Assembly (NCBI RefSeq): GCF_003704095.1
Contig: NW_020847620.1
Location: 1-64,000 of the forward strand
Direction: 5' to 3'
From: Pocillopora damicornis
Taxonomy: Eukaryota
DNA: 64,000 bases
Shown: one piece after another, positions 44,576 to 58,363 of the stretch
How the letters are laid out: every line of letters begins with the position of its first letter
Position numbering within the stretch: the stretch's first letter is position 1
Notes under the pieces: generated by a model
Seen by the model: the letters and a program-made list of their open reading frames with translations, nothing else
Database searches by the model: none
Told to the model about the DNA's origin: nothing
Program-made: the position numbers and the translations under genes

Positions 44576-45914
44576 AAGTTGTCAGTGTCCCTGCTCTGTT
44601 GTTCGTAAATGATTTGAGTCATCTTTGTGTCAAGAATATGCTTCAGGCAAAGAGTTTTAAGAAGATGCCAGAGCAAGCTCTTTGTCAGAGCAGGCTCTTT
44701 GCCAGAACAGGCACTTTGCAAAACAGGCTCTTTGCCAGAACAAGCTGTTTAGAAACACACACAAAAGAAGTCGTTAATGAAAATGTTCTGAAAATTTGCA
44801 TGTGAAAAATTTTGGGTTACTGCTGTCATTCTTCCATAATTATTCATATGTCTCCTTGAGAAATGTGCTCTTGCGTTATATTTTCATTCATCTCAAGAGG
44901 AATAGCTATCCCGACGAGTTAAGACAAAGAGACTCAAAGTTTGTTCCAGCATCACATAAAATCCGGTCTATAGGAAGAACAGGTAGTTATTGAAATTAAT
45001 TAGACGTGAGAAATATTACAGCTGAAGTATATATAAGTCATCGCACAGCATAACCTTCAAAACTAGTATTTCTAACCCTCGTGGAGATTGACTTAAGTAA
45101 ATGTTGTTTCTTTGTATATTAAAGTTTTTGTATTGGCAGCGAGAATAATTATAAATCATGTCTTCCCCGAAAATATCCACCTTCAACAAATTTCTCTCGA
45201 TCAAAAACTCTTTTCGGCTCTTGACAGAATCAGTAGTTTGTATTTTAACTCAGCGTGTGAAATTTAATTTGTTGCTTTCCCTTTCAGAAATCCTAGAAAG
45301 CACATTAAAACTGAGCAAGTTGGGATTAAATTTATTTTAACTTCCCAAGAAAAAAATTTTTATGCATTTGAAGTTCTTCAATAACGTGTAATTTAATGTG
45401 GATAAAAGAAAATGTCATCAATGTTTGATTACTGGTTTGTTTGTGGCCAATCTCCAGGAATTGCATCATGTCATCATTGCTAATTTTAATTTCTTCGCTT
45501 TTTTATATCTGTATAATTTTACATTGTTTAAACTAATCCTTCTTCGTTTCCTTCTTATCCTGTGGACAGTATGTCGTCATTTTCATTGCTTAATATAAAT
45601 AAAGGTAAATTCATTTATCAAAGTAAGCGCTGTTAAAGAGCGGTTTTTCCGCGATTCTGCGTCATCACTGGCCTTCATCACTGTTTATCGGTGCAGTAAC
45701 AGCCCGCTGTTCGTCGTTTGCGGCCCGCTGTGCGCGTGCTCGAAAATTGCACTTTCCCATTCGGCTGTGTTTACTAATGCATTTGAAATAACAACCTTTT
45801 ATTCAACAAACAGAACATAGTAGACGCACTGGGGATTGTTATTGGATCCACCACCAAAAACTCCAGACAAACTGCATTATATTTTGGACGGAACTCCCTT
45901 GAAATCACAGGCAT

Positions 45915-47585
45915 ATGTCCTCTCAAGTATCACCTAGAAACATGGCGTCTGAGTCGCTCCATTCTCGCCAAAACAAAGCAGATACGTTCGTCGTTTCAAT
46001 CCCTGACGACGCAAATGGCAACCAGCTGTTTTTAAAGAGATTGAACGAAATATACAGCCCTGCGCTAAAGTTGTTGAAGCTTTTCGGGGCGTACTATGGA
46101 CAAACTAATTTAAAACATTTGGAATGCAGGCCAACCAGTCGGCGTGGAAAACAAATATTTTCGAAGATATATTGTGGTCTGATGATTTCCCTTTTATGCC
46201 TTGACTGCGTTATGGCTGTCTCTGGGATTTTTACCTCAGGGGCAGAATTTGTCTTTTTGATGTTTGCTCTTATAAAACTTATGATAGTTATCTGTGGAAT
46301 AACCTCATTAGCTTTCCTTCCTTTAACTACTCCCAGAAGATGTCGATTCGAACAATATCTTCGTAGCTTAATCACAAACAGCAAAGGTATCAATTTTAAT
46401 TTTGTGAGGAAAAAGTCGAGAAAAGGCTTCATAGTTATCTGTTTACTTTATGTACCAATTGTTACGTTTGCCGTTATCGGTGATCAAAAGTTGGACCTTG
46501 GCCTTACTTGTTGTAAGCCTTGGAGTGAGTGGTTTGGCTTTCGAGTGATTGCGCAGTTGTCTACAATTATTGGCAGTGCAGTGTGGTTGCTTTCGATGTA
46601 TTTCTTCTATCTAACCTGTAGAATCCTAGTAGAATGTTTCGATGGGCTTTATAAGAGAATGTCATCATTATCTCCGCTCTCAGCGGACTTTCCATCTTTG
46701 AAAATGGAACATCACAAGTTATGCGAAGTAGTCGAACTTGCCGACAAGATGCTCGCTCCACTCCTTCTCGGGGTTGTGGCGTTATACATCCCAATGCTGT
46801 GCATCAGTTTTTACAACTCTGTCATTTTCCAAGAGGATTTGAAGTTGATGGCCCTTGCTGCTAATATTTCCTGGTGCTTTATTGCAGCAGGCGTCTTAGC
46901 AATTGTCCTGTTCTTTGGATCTAAAGTCAGCGAAAAGGTGTGTCGGGGAAATTTCATATCAGTTCATTGATCGATCTGCCTTTTAAACGTTTTTGATTTA
47001 CCAGTTTGCATTTTTGTTGTTGTACCGTCGGTTGGTGTAGTATATTTATTATGTTCCTATTTATATACACTTAGTATTCCTCAGATTCTTTTTTTTAGAT
47101 TCACAGTTTTCAAAAGATTTTGCAAACGCTTCCCGTCTCGACAGCAGAGGAAGCAAAGGTAACTCCTATTTTCTCTATCTATGTATTTATTACCTTATTC
47201 CAACCCCATTTCCTGTTTCGCAAAATGCTTCACGCAAATCAAAGGCAACAAATTTTATCGAAAGCCTTTCCCACGCTTTTAGTAATTCCTAAAGCCTTCT
47301 TCCTTTCTGACCATTTCCAGGTATTGCTATTTTTACTCGACCTTCAAGGAGAACCGAAAGGTTTATCAATTGGAGGATTGCTGGTCATATCCAAGTCCAC
47401 ATCCTTGGCGGTAAGACCTGTGATCTTCATCTTGTTTAGTTTCTTCTCGCTTAAGGTTGAATTGAGTTTGAACTTAATGAAACCCCTACACATTTTGCGA
47501 AATTTCACTGTCTGATAATGTTCTATTTCAGATTGCTGGAATGATTGTCTCCTACTTCACAGTTCTTCTATCTTTGCCGCGTTGA
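45915..47585 (+). CDS. Gustatory receptor-like 7TM protein GRL-1, 408 aa
   Basis: Exons 45915-46937, 47099-47158, 47321-47410, 47532-47585. Three phase-0 C-terminal introns; H..LCE.V...D..L.PLL motif, GLSIGGLLVI, and terminal helix IVSYFTVLLSL, typical of the GR/GRL (7tm_7) family. Confidence 0.9.
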
Positions 47586-49594
47586 CGTTTGAAAGATATA
47601 ACATCGTTTAGTTATGTCAATTAGATGGTTCTCAGATTTCAATCGAGGGCTAGTCTCTATCACTGAAATTGTTGGTTTTCTCGAGGTAAAAATTGATGTC
47701 AAGGAGAAGCCTTGTGACATTTTATCCTTTTTGGTAGCAATGCAGCCTTCAGTAGACTTGCCATTTTAAAGGTTGTTGTAAAGTTCTGACTTGTGCTCTG
47801 GAGCATGCTTTTCATTTATACGAAAATATTGTGATATAGAAATGAAATATGTAAAAATTTAATAATAAGTCTTATTTAGTGACTGATGCAAATCCTTATA
47901 ATTATGCTCAGATAGCCCTTGATAGGTTTATTGTAAGCCATGATAATAGTTTTGTAGGTTGTACTGACAAAGGATTGTAAAAATTTGTAATATTATGGCG
48001 CCATAATAAGAACCGGTTTTTGGTAGTAATATTACTAGGCTTATAACAAATGATACAATTTCTTTAGAGATTGTTTAGTGTTTAATTTTTTTATCAGTTC
48101 ACATTGATATTTGTAAAAGTTGCTTAAAAACCATGTTGATTAAGAAAATTCACGTCTTAATCGATAAAATTCTCTCAAAAACTGGGAAAATGTGATGTAT
48201 TTTTCTTTAGTTAACTACAATTCATTATTTTTTATCCTTTCGTTTTTTTGCTTTCTAAGCACGATATACATTTAACAAAGTGTGTTACGACATTGTGCAA
48301 TGAACTGTTGTGTCTTTGCAAAAAGCTGATATCAATTCTTTTTCATAGTTTGTTTTACTTTGTTTAAAGTTTGGCAGTTCCCTATCTTTCTCGTGGTAGT
48401 TGTTCTGTCATGCGCATTTGTGTCAACCGCAATATTTCTCTTGATTAAATACTGAGTTCGAGCGCGTTTAAAACGAAACATTTATCTATCGTTCATTAAA
48501 GAATTGCCACTTAACCGCGCATGCATCATGACAATTCCCTCCTCATTTCGGAAGCTAACGGTACGATATTCGTAGGGAAATGTTTAAATCAAGAACGATA
48601 TGGAAATTTGATTAAATTAATTTTTCTGGAACAATTCTGCCTGAAATATATTGCCCATTGTCGAAAACTCTTCTACGCTGAAACTATTATTTGGTCAAAT
48701 ATCGCCGAAAACACATGAGCCCTTAACAGGCTGGGATTAATTTCCTTTGAACAACACACAAGAGAGCTACGCACTTTAATTTTGTTTGTTACGCGTAAAT
48801 AAACGTGCAAAGAGCAAACGGCACCGATGTTTAATATTCAGAGCAAGAGCTATTAAATTATAGATCACTTTACTTCCAAATATCTTTTAGGAGGAAGAAG
48901 AAAATAATTAGAAAAAATTATTTCCCCTCTATGTTAAAAGCCGATGCCTTTCGATATGACGTTAAAAGTTCTGACACGAAACATTCCTGGAGAAGAAATA
49001 CAGAGTACATCATGACTTAGTCTCAAAGGAACAAATTCACGCCAGAAAAATGCAAATAAGCAACATGCCTGACTGAAGTAATTTTAACATCATTTTTATA
49101 AACAAACAAGGCCAACTACTATCAATAAAGCGAGCAACCAGTTATAATGAAATAGTGGGCAGTGAATTCAAACGCATTTCCAATTATTCTAGAATTGTCG
49201 AGTCAACAGTTCGTTTCGACTTGGTTAACGCGGCCCTAGTAACAAGTAAGAGAATTTAGGCAATAATGAGTCGTTTTTTCGTGTAGAATTTCTGCCGTAT
49301 TTAGCCCGGTTCAACCGTGACTACGTATACACAGCTGAAGTGAACTTCAGCCTCGGTGGCGCCATTTCGGGAACTGAACCTCCTTGTTTTGCTTTCAAAT
49401 TTTCCAATTCTGGGCGTCGATCAATAATTTCTTCCGTTTCTTCTATAATGCGATTGAAAACACTGCAGCTTGCTCAAGGCATGTTGGGACATTGCATTAG
49501 CTGTGTATTCTGATGCGTTTTGGAAAGCAACAGTGGTTATCTTAGTTTGGAATGGACCGCATTTTAGACCGAAATTCCTTCAAATAACAAAAAT

Positions 49595-51242
49595 ATGCTG
49601 TCTCAAGTATCAATAACAAAGGAGATGTCGGGGTCCCTCCATTCTCGTCAAAAGAGTGTATCATCGTTCGTCGTTTCAATCCCTGAAGACGCAACTGGCA
49701 ACGAGCAGATTTTAAAGTCATTAAACGAATTATACAGCCCTGTGCTGAAGTTGTTGAAGCTTTTCGGAGCGTACTATGGACAAACTAATTTAAAACACTT
49801 GGAATGCACGCCGACCAGTCGACAAGGAAGGAATATATGCTCGAAAATGTATTGTGGTCTGATGATATCCCTTTTATGTTTAAACTTCGTTATGGCTGTC
49901 TCCGGGATTTTTGCTTCAGGGGCAGTATTCGTGTTTTTGATGTTTACTCTTGGCAACCTTTTAATAGTTATCTGTGGAATAACCTCATTGATTGTTCTTC
50001 CTCTGGCTATTGGCAAAAAGTCACGATTCCAACAATATCTTCTGAGCTTATTAGAAAACAGCAGAGGTATTAATTTAAATTCAGTGAAGAAAAAGTCGAG
50101 AAAAGGCTTCATAGTTCTCTGTTTACTTTATGTGGAAACTGTTACGTTTTCTATTGTTAGTGATCAGAAATTGAACTTTGGCCTTGCTTGTTGTAAGCCT
50201 TGGAATGAGTGGTATGGCTTTCGAGTGATTGCGCAGTTCTCTTTATTTACTGGGAGTGCTGTTTGGTTACTTTCGATGTATTTCTTCTATCTAACCTGTA
50301 GAATCCTTCTAAAATGTTTTGATGGGCTTTATAAGAGAATGTCATCACTACCTCCGCTCTCAGCGAACTTTACATCTTTAAAAATGGAACATCACAGGTT
50401 ATGCGAGGTGGTCGAACTTGCCGACAAGATGCTCGCTTCACTCCTTCTCGGGGTTGTGGCGTTATACATCCCAATGTTGTGCATCAGTTTCTACAACTCC
50501 GTCATTTTCCGAGAGGATATGAAGTTAATGGCCCTTGCTACCACTCTTTCCTGGTGTTTTGTTGCGGCAGGAATCTTAGCAACTGTCCTGTTCTTTGGAT
50601 CTAAAGTCAACGAAAAGGTTTGTCAGGGGAAACATGTCTTTTATTGATTATCCTATTTGTGCAACATTTTGGATTTGAAGTTTTATCCTAATAGAGATGG
50701 TGGGTGTAGACCTTTCGTTTTTTGTGTTTTTTTTATTATGCTCTTGTGCATGTACTTAAATTTCATAATTTAACATTTGTCTTTCAGATTCACAGTTTTC
50801 AGAGCATTTTGCAAACTATGCCCGTCTCTACAGCGGAGGAAGCTAAGGTAACTTCTATTTTTTTAACGCTTTTTTTCCAAAATACTTGCGCGAAACAAAG
50901 GCAACACTCTTGTGTACAGCCTTTCCAATCCTTTTCAAAACTCTCATCCTTCCTCTCCCATCTTTTCCAGGTACTGTTGTTTTTACTCGACCTTCAAGGA
51001 GAACCGAAGGGTTTATCAATTGGAGGACTGCTTGTCATAACCAAGTCCACATCCTTAGCGGTAAGCTAATGCATTGTCTTCATCATATCCAATTTCCATT
51101 AGCTTATGATTGAATTGTGATTTAATTTAACTGAACGCCTAAACATTCTGCAAAAAATTTTACTGTACTAATCTACTTCTCATTTCAGATTGCTGGGGTA
51201 ATAGTGTCCTACTTTGCAGTTCTCTTATCTTTACCGCGTTGA
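49595..51242 (+). CDS. Gustatory receptor-like 7TM protein GRL-2, 408 aa (recent duplicate of GRL-1)
   Basis: Exons 49595-50617, 50788-50847, 50971-51060, 51189-51242; ends IVSYFAVLLSLPR. Confidence 0.9.
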
Positions 51243-53251
51243 CGTTTAAAAGATATGACACTGTTTAGTTCTTTAGAAATGCAAAATGCATTAAAAGATG
51301 TGTCGATTCTTAGACTTCCATCGAAAATTAATCACAAGTACTGAAAATTTTGATCATGTTGAAGTAAAATCTAATTATTGTTTTGTTCCATGTTGGTTGA
51401 ACCTATAACCTCCAGTGTACTTGCTATTTTGGAGCTCGTCCTTAAGTTATAATTTTTTCTGAAGAGGCACTTTTCCAATAACCGAAGGAAATTGTGACTA
51501 AAGAAAAAAGAACATACTTCCAAATTTAATAACTCTTACATTGTTTAGCAAATGATGTAAATATTTTAGATGTCCCATGATAGGTTTAGTGAACACCATG
51601 TAGATAGTATTTCTGTTAGTAGAGAAAAAGTATTTTCAACACATTTAGCATTTTGGCGCTGTAATGAAAAGTTTTTATTTTGCGTGATATTAGTAGCTGT
51701 GTCTCTAAAGTAATGATATCAGTACTTTTTTCATAGGGGGCCAAGTAAGTCTTACTTGATAGATGGCATTTCGTGAGAGAATTATTATAATCATTACGTT
51801 TTCATTAGTTTAACATTGTAAACCTGCTAACTAAAAACCCATCTTGATTGAAACAGCTAATAAAATATCAATAAAATTCATTAAAAACTAGGGAAATGTG
51901 ATGGGATTTTAATTTTTAGTTTGATTTTAAGTTCATAATTTTATTGTTTTGGTTGTGAGATACTATGTCATACAAATAACAATTCTATCACAGTGGGACA
52001 TAAAAAAATTCATAGATAATGTCAGGTTTTCCTTATTGATTTTTTTCTTGGCTCGTTTTCCGTGGAAATGAAGTTTACAAACCAGTATGTTTTCAGTGTC
52101 AAGATGTCCTTTGTCCAAAAATTGACTCACTTTACTAATAGCCTTTAAGTTAAAGCCTTGGGAGGGGAATTTTTTCACGAAAAGAGTTTAGGCACTGTTA
52201 CTGTGGCTGCAAAAAAAAAAAAAATCAAAATTTAATTGTCATGACCACACTTTAGGATTACTTTCTCTCTACTGATCGCGTAAATCATTTACATACTAGA
52301 AGAGAGGAAACAATATCGATATGAATATAGAAAATTAATTACGAAATTGTAAAAGTTCAAAATCATACCCGAGCAAAAAGAGGAAACAAAAAACAAAAAG
52401 CAAAAAACAAAAATAAAGAGTCATACCATGCAGAGTTGGTACGAAATTTTAATTATCAACTTCATCATTTTCCTGAGAACTCATCAAACAAGTGCTTCAC
52501 ACCTCGTTAATTTCTGCTAATGCCCTTTCTTAATTGCATCCCAAAAGATCGAGGAGATCACAATAAACCTGATTGCTTCATTTGTTTGTCGGTCTATTTG
52601 TTATAATCAAAATGTTGTTACTATAAACCGTTAGACGAGCATGAAATTTCAGTCTTACAGGTTAAAGGATAATGTATTGAAGTTTTAAAGCAACGTTACA
52701 CAGACTAGAACTATGATAACCCTACTTTGCTTCACACTGCTTGAAGGGTTTTCGTCTATCTGTCGTTAACTCTTTTTGTGCCTCGCGCTTAATATTCAAA
52801 CAAATTTTCTCTTGCTTCATCTGAATTTGAAATAAGGTAGCGAAACGGGAAAAAAAGCTAAGTAAATGTTTGGAGAGAAAATACATTATTTATTTGCCTG
52901 CTAAAATTATTAGTTATGAGTCTCACTCCAAGCTTGAACAACTGGTAGCTTCTCAAACTCCATTATTTTGACAATGAATTACCAACATCTAGGCGTGGTT
53001 TTTTGTCTAGCTTCTCTCACCTTCTCATGATTAGAAATGTAATTAGTTTTTTTGTTTGATTTAAGACTGTTTTTTAATTAAAAAGAAATGTCATTTTGAT
53101 CACAGTGGGTATTTTCCGATTTGAATATGAATACGGATCTCCCCAAATTCAAATTGAGCGACATCACTGGAAACAAATTTAAAAGACCATAGCTGAGAAC
53201 TAAAGGTAATAATCAAGTTTCCTTGTAAACTACTTGAGAATCAATCTTCTG

Positions 53252-55853
53252 ATGATTATGCCAGCTAGAGTATCTCCAAACGAATGTACAGTGCCTTTAG
53301 ATAACGGAATGTCCTATTCCAATTCTGAGCAACAAGCTACCGTGAACGAAGTTTCAAACTTGACTGGTTCGCCTCCCGAGGCAAAAAATGTGAACGAACA
53401 TCTGTTTAAGGCAATCAGTGACATCTTCAGGCCTATACTCAAGCTGATGAAATTGTTTGGAATATACTACGGGGATAACACTCTGAAATCTTTGACAGAT
53501 GATTCTGGTCGTTTGTCGAGGAGAGCGTATGTTTCACTCATGTATTGTGGTCTGGTAGCTACTGGCCTTTGGTTCAATTTCTTTTTGGCTTTTCTCAGTT
53601 GCTTTTTTGTCCCTGAGAGGATCTATGTTTCTTTAATGTTCTGCTTATGGTGTCTTATGGGAGCACTGAATGCAACAATTACCCTGATTGTGTCACCAGT
53701 AACAAGAACAAGAAAATCACGTTTTCAGCACTTCGTTCGTGGTTTAATCGACAATAAGAGTCATGCTACGTTGGAAAAGGTAACAGTCAAATCAAGAAAT
53801 GGCATAATTGCGTTTTTCCTTGTATTTGCTAGTGCTACTGTGGGATCTTTGATGACAAAGCTAAAGCTTGATATGAATCTTGCCAACTTTAAGCCTTTAA
53901 GTGAGTCACCTGTCTTTGCCATAGTTTCCGTCATCTTTCTGATAATAGCTGTTGGTTCGTGGTTGCTTCCAGTACTCCTTTTCTGTATTACGTGTCTCAT
54001 ACTGGCGGAACTGTTTGATGATTTGAGTAAGCGGATGAAACAGCAGTCATTGCACTCAACAACAGTGCAACTAGCTTCTTTTAAGGTGGAGCATCACCAA
54101 CTGTGCGAGGTTGTGGAACTGGCCGCTGCCATGTTTTCTCCTCTACTTCTCGGAATGGTGTCTCTATACATTCCTTTGATTTGCTTCAATTTGTACCTCG
54201 CTGTTCATTCACCTGGGAAAACTGAGGAAACGAAATATTTGTTCATGGGAAATAACTTTTTCTGGCTCATTGCGTCAGTTTGTGTTTTAACAATTATCAT
54301 GCTGTTTGGATCCAAAGTGAGCGAAGGGGTACGTGTACATTTTGAATCATTATTTGTTTTTTTGATCCTATTTTCCTAGGATAATTTTATTATTCTTTTA
54401 CATCCATCTCTTATTAAATGCAAAACATATCTTCCACTTAAAGTGCTTCCACCTTTTGAATTGATTACAATGTAGGGCCTGTTGACTTTGTTATTGTCTT
54501 GTATAGTTCTTATTTGTTTTTCTTTAATTTCAATATTTGATAATGTTATTTTTATTCCAATATGCTTCAGATTCACAGTTTTCAAAAGATTTTGCGAACA
54601 GTTCCTGTTTCAAAAGAAGACGAAGGAAAGGTAATTGCATATTTGCGCGATTAAGAGAAACTTTTCCTTTTCTTAACTTAGATTAATCTCCTCATATATT
54701 TTAATTGAAATAAATATTCGCAATGAAAGCCGCCCAGGAAAAATAAGCTGTAAAATAAATTTAAGAAATCTTTTTAAAGCTGGTGTCACAATGTGTTGTG
54801 CTCATGTAGAAGGCTTTTCGATCTACAAGAGAGCAAATTATTAGCTGCCATTTAGATAAAGTAAGTTTGGGAGTAGAAGCAGTTGTAAATACAGGTGACA
54901 GGCTGATTCAACATGGCCCCCTATCTCTTCACGGTATTATTATGTTTTCTAGCTCCTCTTCTCAGTCTAAAAACGATTAATTCTCCCTATAAATTTCGTC
55001 ATCCACTTTTACTCCAGAGAGGGTGAACTGAAATGTTTTATTTCTCTTTCTATTATCTTTAAAATAATTATAATAGAAATAATAATTACAATAATAATAA
55101 TGAAGAATTTCTATAGCGCCAAATTGATCGGCTCATAGCGCTTTACAACACTTTGCGGGGGACCTTGGCCAGACTGCATTGAGCAGTTCACAATTTTTGA
55201 AGGAAATTTTTTGGAGATGCCTCCATTTTCAGAATTAAGGCCAGACCACAATACGAGGAGATGCGTTCCCTAATCTTTGCGAGAAATGCACGGGTTCTTA
55301 AATATGCCCTTCTAACCAGTGCGTATAAAATGCAGGAGACGGGGCCTACGGTTTTTCGTCCATCTTCGAGAAGACTAAAATAACTAACCATAGCGAAGAC
55401 AGCACATTCTCCTTAGTCATTTTAGGACACTGAGTCGTTTGGCCTTAGGCTTGAGCCTTCGAACTCCCATACGGCAGTCCGGTGCTCCCTACGACATGAG
55501 CTAACCAGGCGGCGGTTTAAATAACAATAATAATAATAAAAAATGGTGACTTAGTTTTTCCTATGGATTCAAAAATTGATATTTATCGATTCTTATCTAT
55601 TTTCAGTTGGTGATGTTTATGCTTGATCTTCAGGGAGACCCACAGGGTTTTTCAATTGGTGGTCTTGTGGTCATCACCAAGTCCTTGTCTTTGACGGTAG
55701 GTCTATTCCGCGAAAGGCAGCTTGATTTACGCGAAGAATTACAATTTTGGTTAAAATCTGCTAATTTTGCAATTTATTACTATTTTAATTTTTTGACAGA
55801 TCGCCGGAGTGATTATTTCTTACTTCGCTGTTATGTTGTCTCTGCCGAATTAA
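53252..55853 (+). CDS. Gustatory receptor-like 7TM protein GRL-3, ~426 aa
   Basis: Exons 53252-54328, 54571-54630, 55607-55696, 55800-55853; ends IISYFAVMLSLPN. The ORF-track start at 53234 is TTG; the first ATG is at 53252. Confidence 0.9.
55075..55518 (-). mobile_element. Near full-length tRNA-derived SINE in GRL-3 intron 2
   Basis: Minus-strand head 'accgccgcctggttagctca...gagcaccggactgccg..ggagttcgaaggctcaagcc' (Pol III A/B-box-like), (ATT)n tail, and 'acaataataataat' on both flanks. Confidence 0.75.
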
Positions 55854-57367
55854 CAGCAATCATGGAGCTACGTCAGTAATACCACTGGTTTATCAGTCTG
55901 TAGACGGTTATGCGACTTAAGTTACTGTTTTTTAGAGATAGATTGATATCCTCAGCTGTAGCTTATTATGTTAGGTAGTGTGTAGATGACTTATAGAACG
56001 AGACAGTACTCGGAAAATCAACGACACATTATTCGTCCTTGTCGAAGCTCTAAGGCTGAAACTGAGGGACAGCGCCCTAGATTGGACCAGTTGGATAAAC
56101 AAAAAATCAGCAGCACTGTCAAAAATTTTGAGCCATAATTTCCTAAACTGGGCAGAAAAAAAAGTAAAGAAAGAAAGAAAGATGAAAAATGGAATTACCT
56201 GGTTTTATATTTAGTGGTTTAAAGATGTACGCCATAGACTATATAGGCGCATATTTTAATGGTTAATTGCCTGAAGGTATAGATAGGATAGAGCAACCAG
56301 CAAGTGCTCAATATAGACGGAGCGGAAAGGAGAGAGTCCAGATTGTAAATTTGTGTAATTCGAATTGAAAGGAAGAAAGTCGTAACCGAAACTTTTATTC
56401 TAGTGGTCATATTACTCGTTTAAAATATTTCCAAGTATGATTAGCTTTCCCGTTGTAAGCGTAGTCTTTCTACTGAAAGGAGCAGTTATTCAGCTCTTCA
56501 AGGATTAGAGTATCTCGTAAAACAGTTTTTGGTACAGAAAGGCTTTTTTTGACATGAGTTTAAGATATTAACTTTTCCTTTTATCCAAATTTTTTGAGGT
56601 GGCCAGTTTGTATTTAATGTAAATGCAAGAAGGGTTTGCAAGTATGCATATCTGATATCGAGAGTTATGCAAATAAATGCTGGTTCAATTGACATGCGCC
56701 TTTTCCTAATGCAAAAAATGTTGCTTCAACTTGACAAAAGTGCAGATAAGTTCAGAACTCTTTTGTCCAATAAAGCCAGTCATTCGACTGATATTGCTAA
56801 AGAAGAGACTGTTCCTTTAACGATAACCAGTAAGATCGACTTAAGCTAGATTAATAATTCTAACATTAATATAGCATGGAATGATGTTTATGCAACCTGT
56901 CTAAGAACACAAAACTTCCTGTTTGGACATTTTAAAGAAATCGATAAATCTAATGCGAAAAAGGCTAAATTATTGAAAGGAATTTTGAACAAAGTAATAA
57001 GTAAGTTAGTGGCGTTTAGGAAAAGGAAAACCTAATTTGTGAGGGAAGTATGTACAATAACATACAAGCAAAGGAAATAAAAGCGGACAGCGTATTGACA
57101 TTTAATTAAAACTTAAGTAAATAGTTGTGTTTTTTTCCCAGAGGAATAAAGTGTATTGGGTATTAAGGGAAATATAAGTATGGAACAGTGCTTCTTCATC
57201 GTTCATTGCATTTTATTCTACCTTTAATTTTATTTTTTCTTATCATTTATCATTGCTATTTGGTGTCCACAAGAGAAAGGATTTTAAAGAAAGTTCGTCT
57301 TTATTAATACACTCATTTTCTGAACCAGGTGACTAAACATAAATGCTAATCCAGGTTTCTCGGGCAA

Positions 57368-58363
57368 ATGAGTGATAGGTTTACTAGTTATTGTCGGATA
57401 TTGCTGCTCCTCAAAGCTGCTCCTCAAAGAAGTCAGAGTATTCTGAAAACAGCAATGGTTAATTTTGAGTATAACTCTTACCTCCTTGCTTTGACAATTG
57501 GCGACTTCATTTTAGCGACTCTTACCGTTCTTGGAAATCTTCTTCTTCTCACCACCATTAAATTAGATCCTGTGAGATGTCTTCGAACACCCGCCACCTA
57601 TTTAATCGCAAACTTATCTCTAAGTGACTTATTTGTCGGACTTATTATTGGTTATGGCCGTGGCTTGGTTGGATGTTTCATGTATAAAGACGAGACCCAA
57701 CCTTCTTGGATTAACTTAGCTATAAACGTCGCAGGAGGGGCATCCATTATCAACGGCATATGGACAGTTATTGCGATGGCGCTTGACCGTTACATAGCAG
57801 TTACCGATCCTTTCCATTACAACGAGCGAATAACAGGACGAAAAGTCCACACATACATCTTTGTTAGCTGGGTAATGGCCACGACGTTGACTGCGTTCTA
57901 TCCTTTGGCAGGACAAATCTGGGCAGTCATTTTATTGGTGTTCTCCCACACACATTTCACAATTCCCGTGTTTGTCTTGCTGTTTGTTTATTGTCGAATT
58001 TTTTGCTCACTCTCCGCAAGAAGATACGAACTTCAACGTTTAACAACATCGCTCTCCACAATAACTCTACGGCATGCCCTTGAGAGAGAGCGGAAAATGG
58101 CGCTGACTTCGTTTGTCATTTTGAAGTTGTTCTGTGCTTCTTTTTTGCCCTTTTATATTAAGATTCAGCTGTTAAATTTCTGTAGTTGTCAGGATACTAT
58201 GGCTTTCCGAAGGTTTGACTTAATAAGTCATACTTTCCTTTACTTATCTTCGTTTGCGAACCCTTTTATGTATGCTTGGCGGGTGCCAAAATTTCGACGA
58301 TCGTTACAAGAGTGCCTTCACATTAAGAAAAGAAATAGTGTACGCCCCATAAACATCAACTAA
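57368..58363 (+). CDS. Intronless rhodopsin-class (class A) orphan GPCR; alternative start at 57455
   Basis: TM1 GN, TM2 LSLSDL, TM3 DRY, TM4 W, TM6 FLPF, TM7 NPFMY, helix 8 FR. Confidence 0.93.
   Translation: MSDRFTSYCRILLLLKAAPQRSQSILKTAMVNFEYNSYLLALTIGDFILATLTVLGNLLLLTTIKLDPVRCLRTPATYLIANLSLSDLFVGLIIGYGRGLVGCFMYKDETQPSWINLAINVAGGASIINGIWTVIAMALDRYIAVTDPFHYNERITGRKVHTYIFVSWVMATTLTAFYPLAGQIWAVILLVFSHTHFTIPVFVLLFVYCRIFCSLSARRYELQRLTTSLSTITLRHALERERKMALTSFVILKLFCASFLPFYIKIQLLNFCSCQDTMAFRRFDLISHTFLYLSSFANPFMYAWRVPKFRRSLQECLHIKKRNSVRPININ

Noticed and set aside
44163-44721. Hydrophobic Phe/Val-rich minus-strand ORFs resembling membrane proteins
   Set aside because: Translation of an A-rich low-complexity tract
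45915-51242. GRL-1 and GRL-2 as uncollapsed haplotypes
   Set aside because: Introns and flanks are strongly diverged, there are many amino-acid differences, and no gap lies between them
55440-55518. Possible tRNA gene
   Set aside because: Degenerate, and continues into a SINE body and tail; called a SINE head instead
57368-58363. Possible opsin
   Set aside because: The position equivalent to rhodopsin K296 (six residues before the NP of NPxxY) is Tyr
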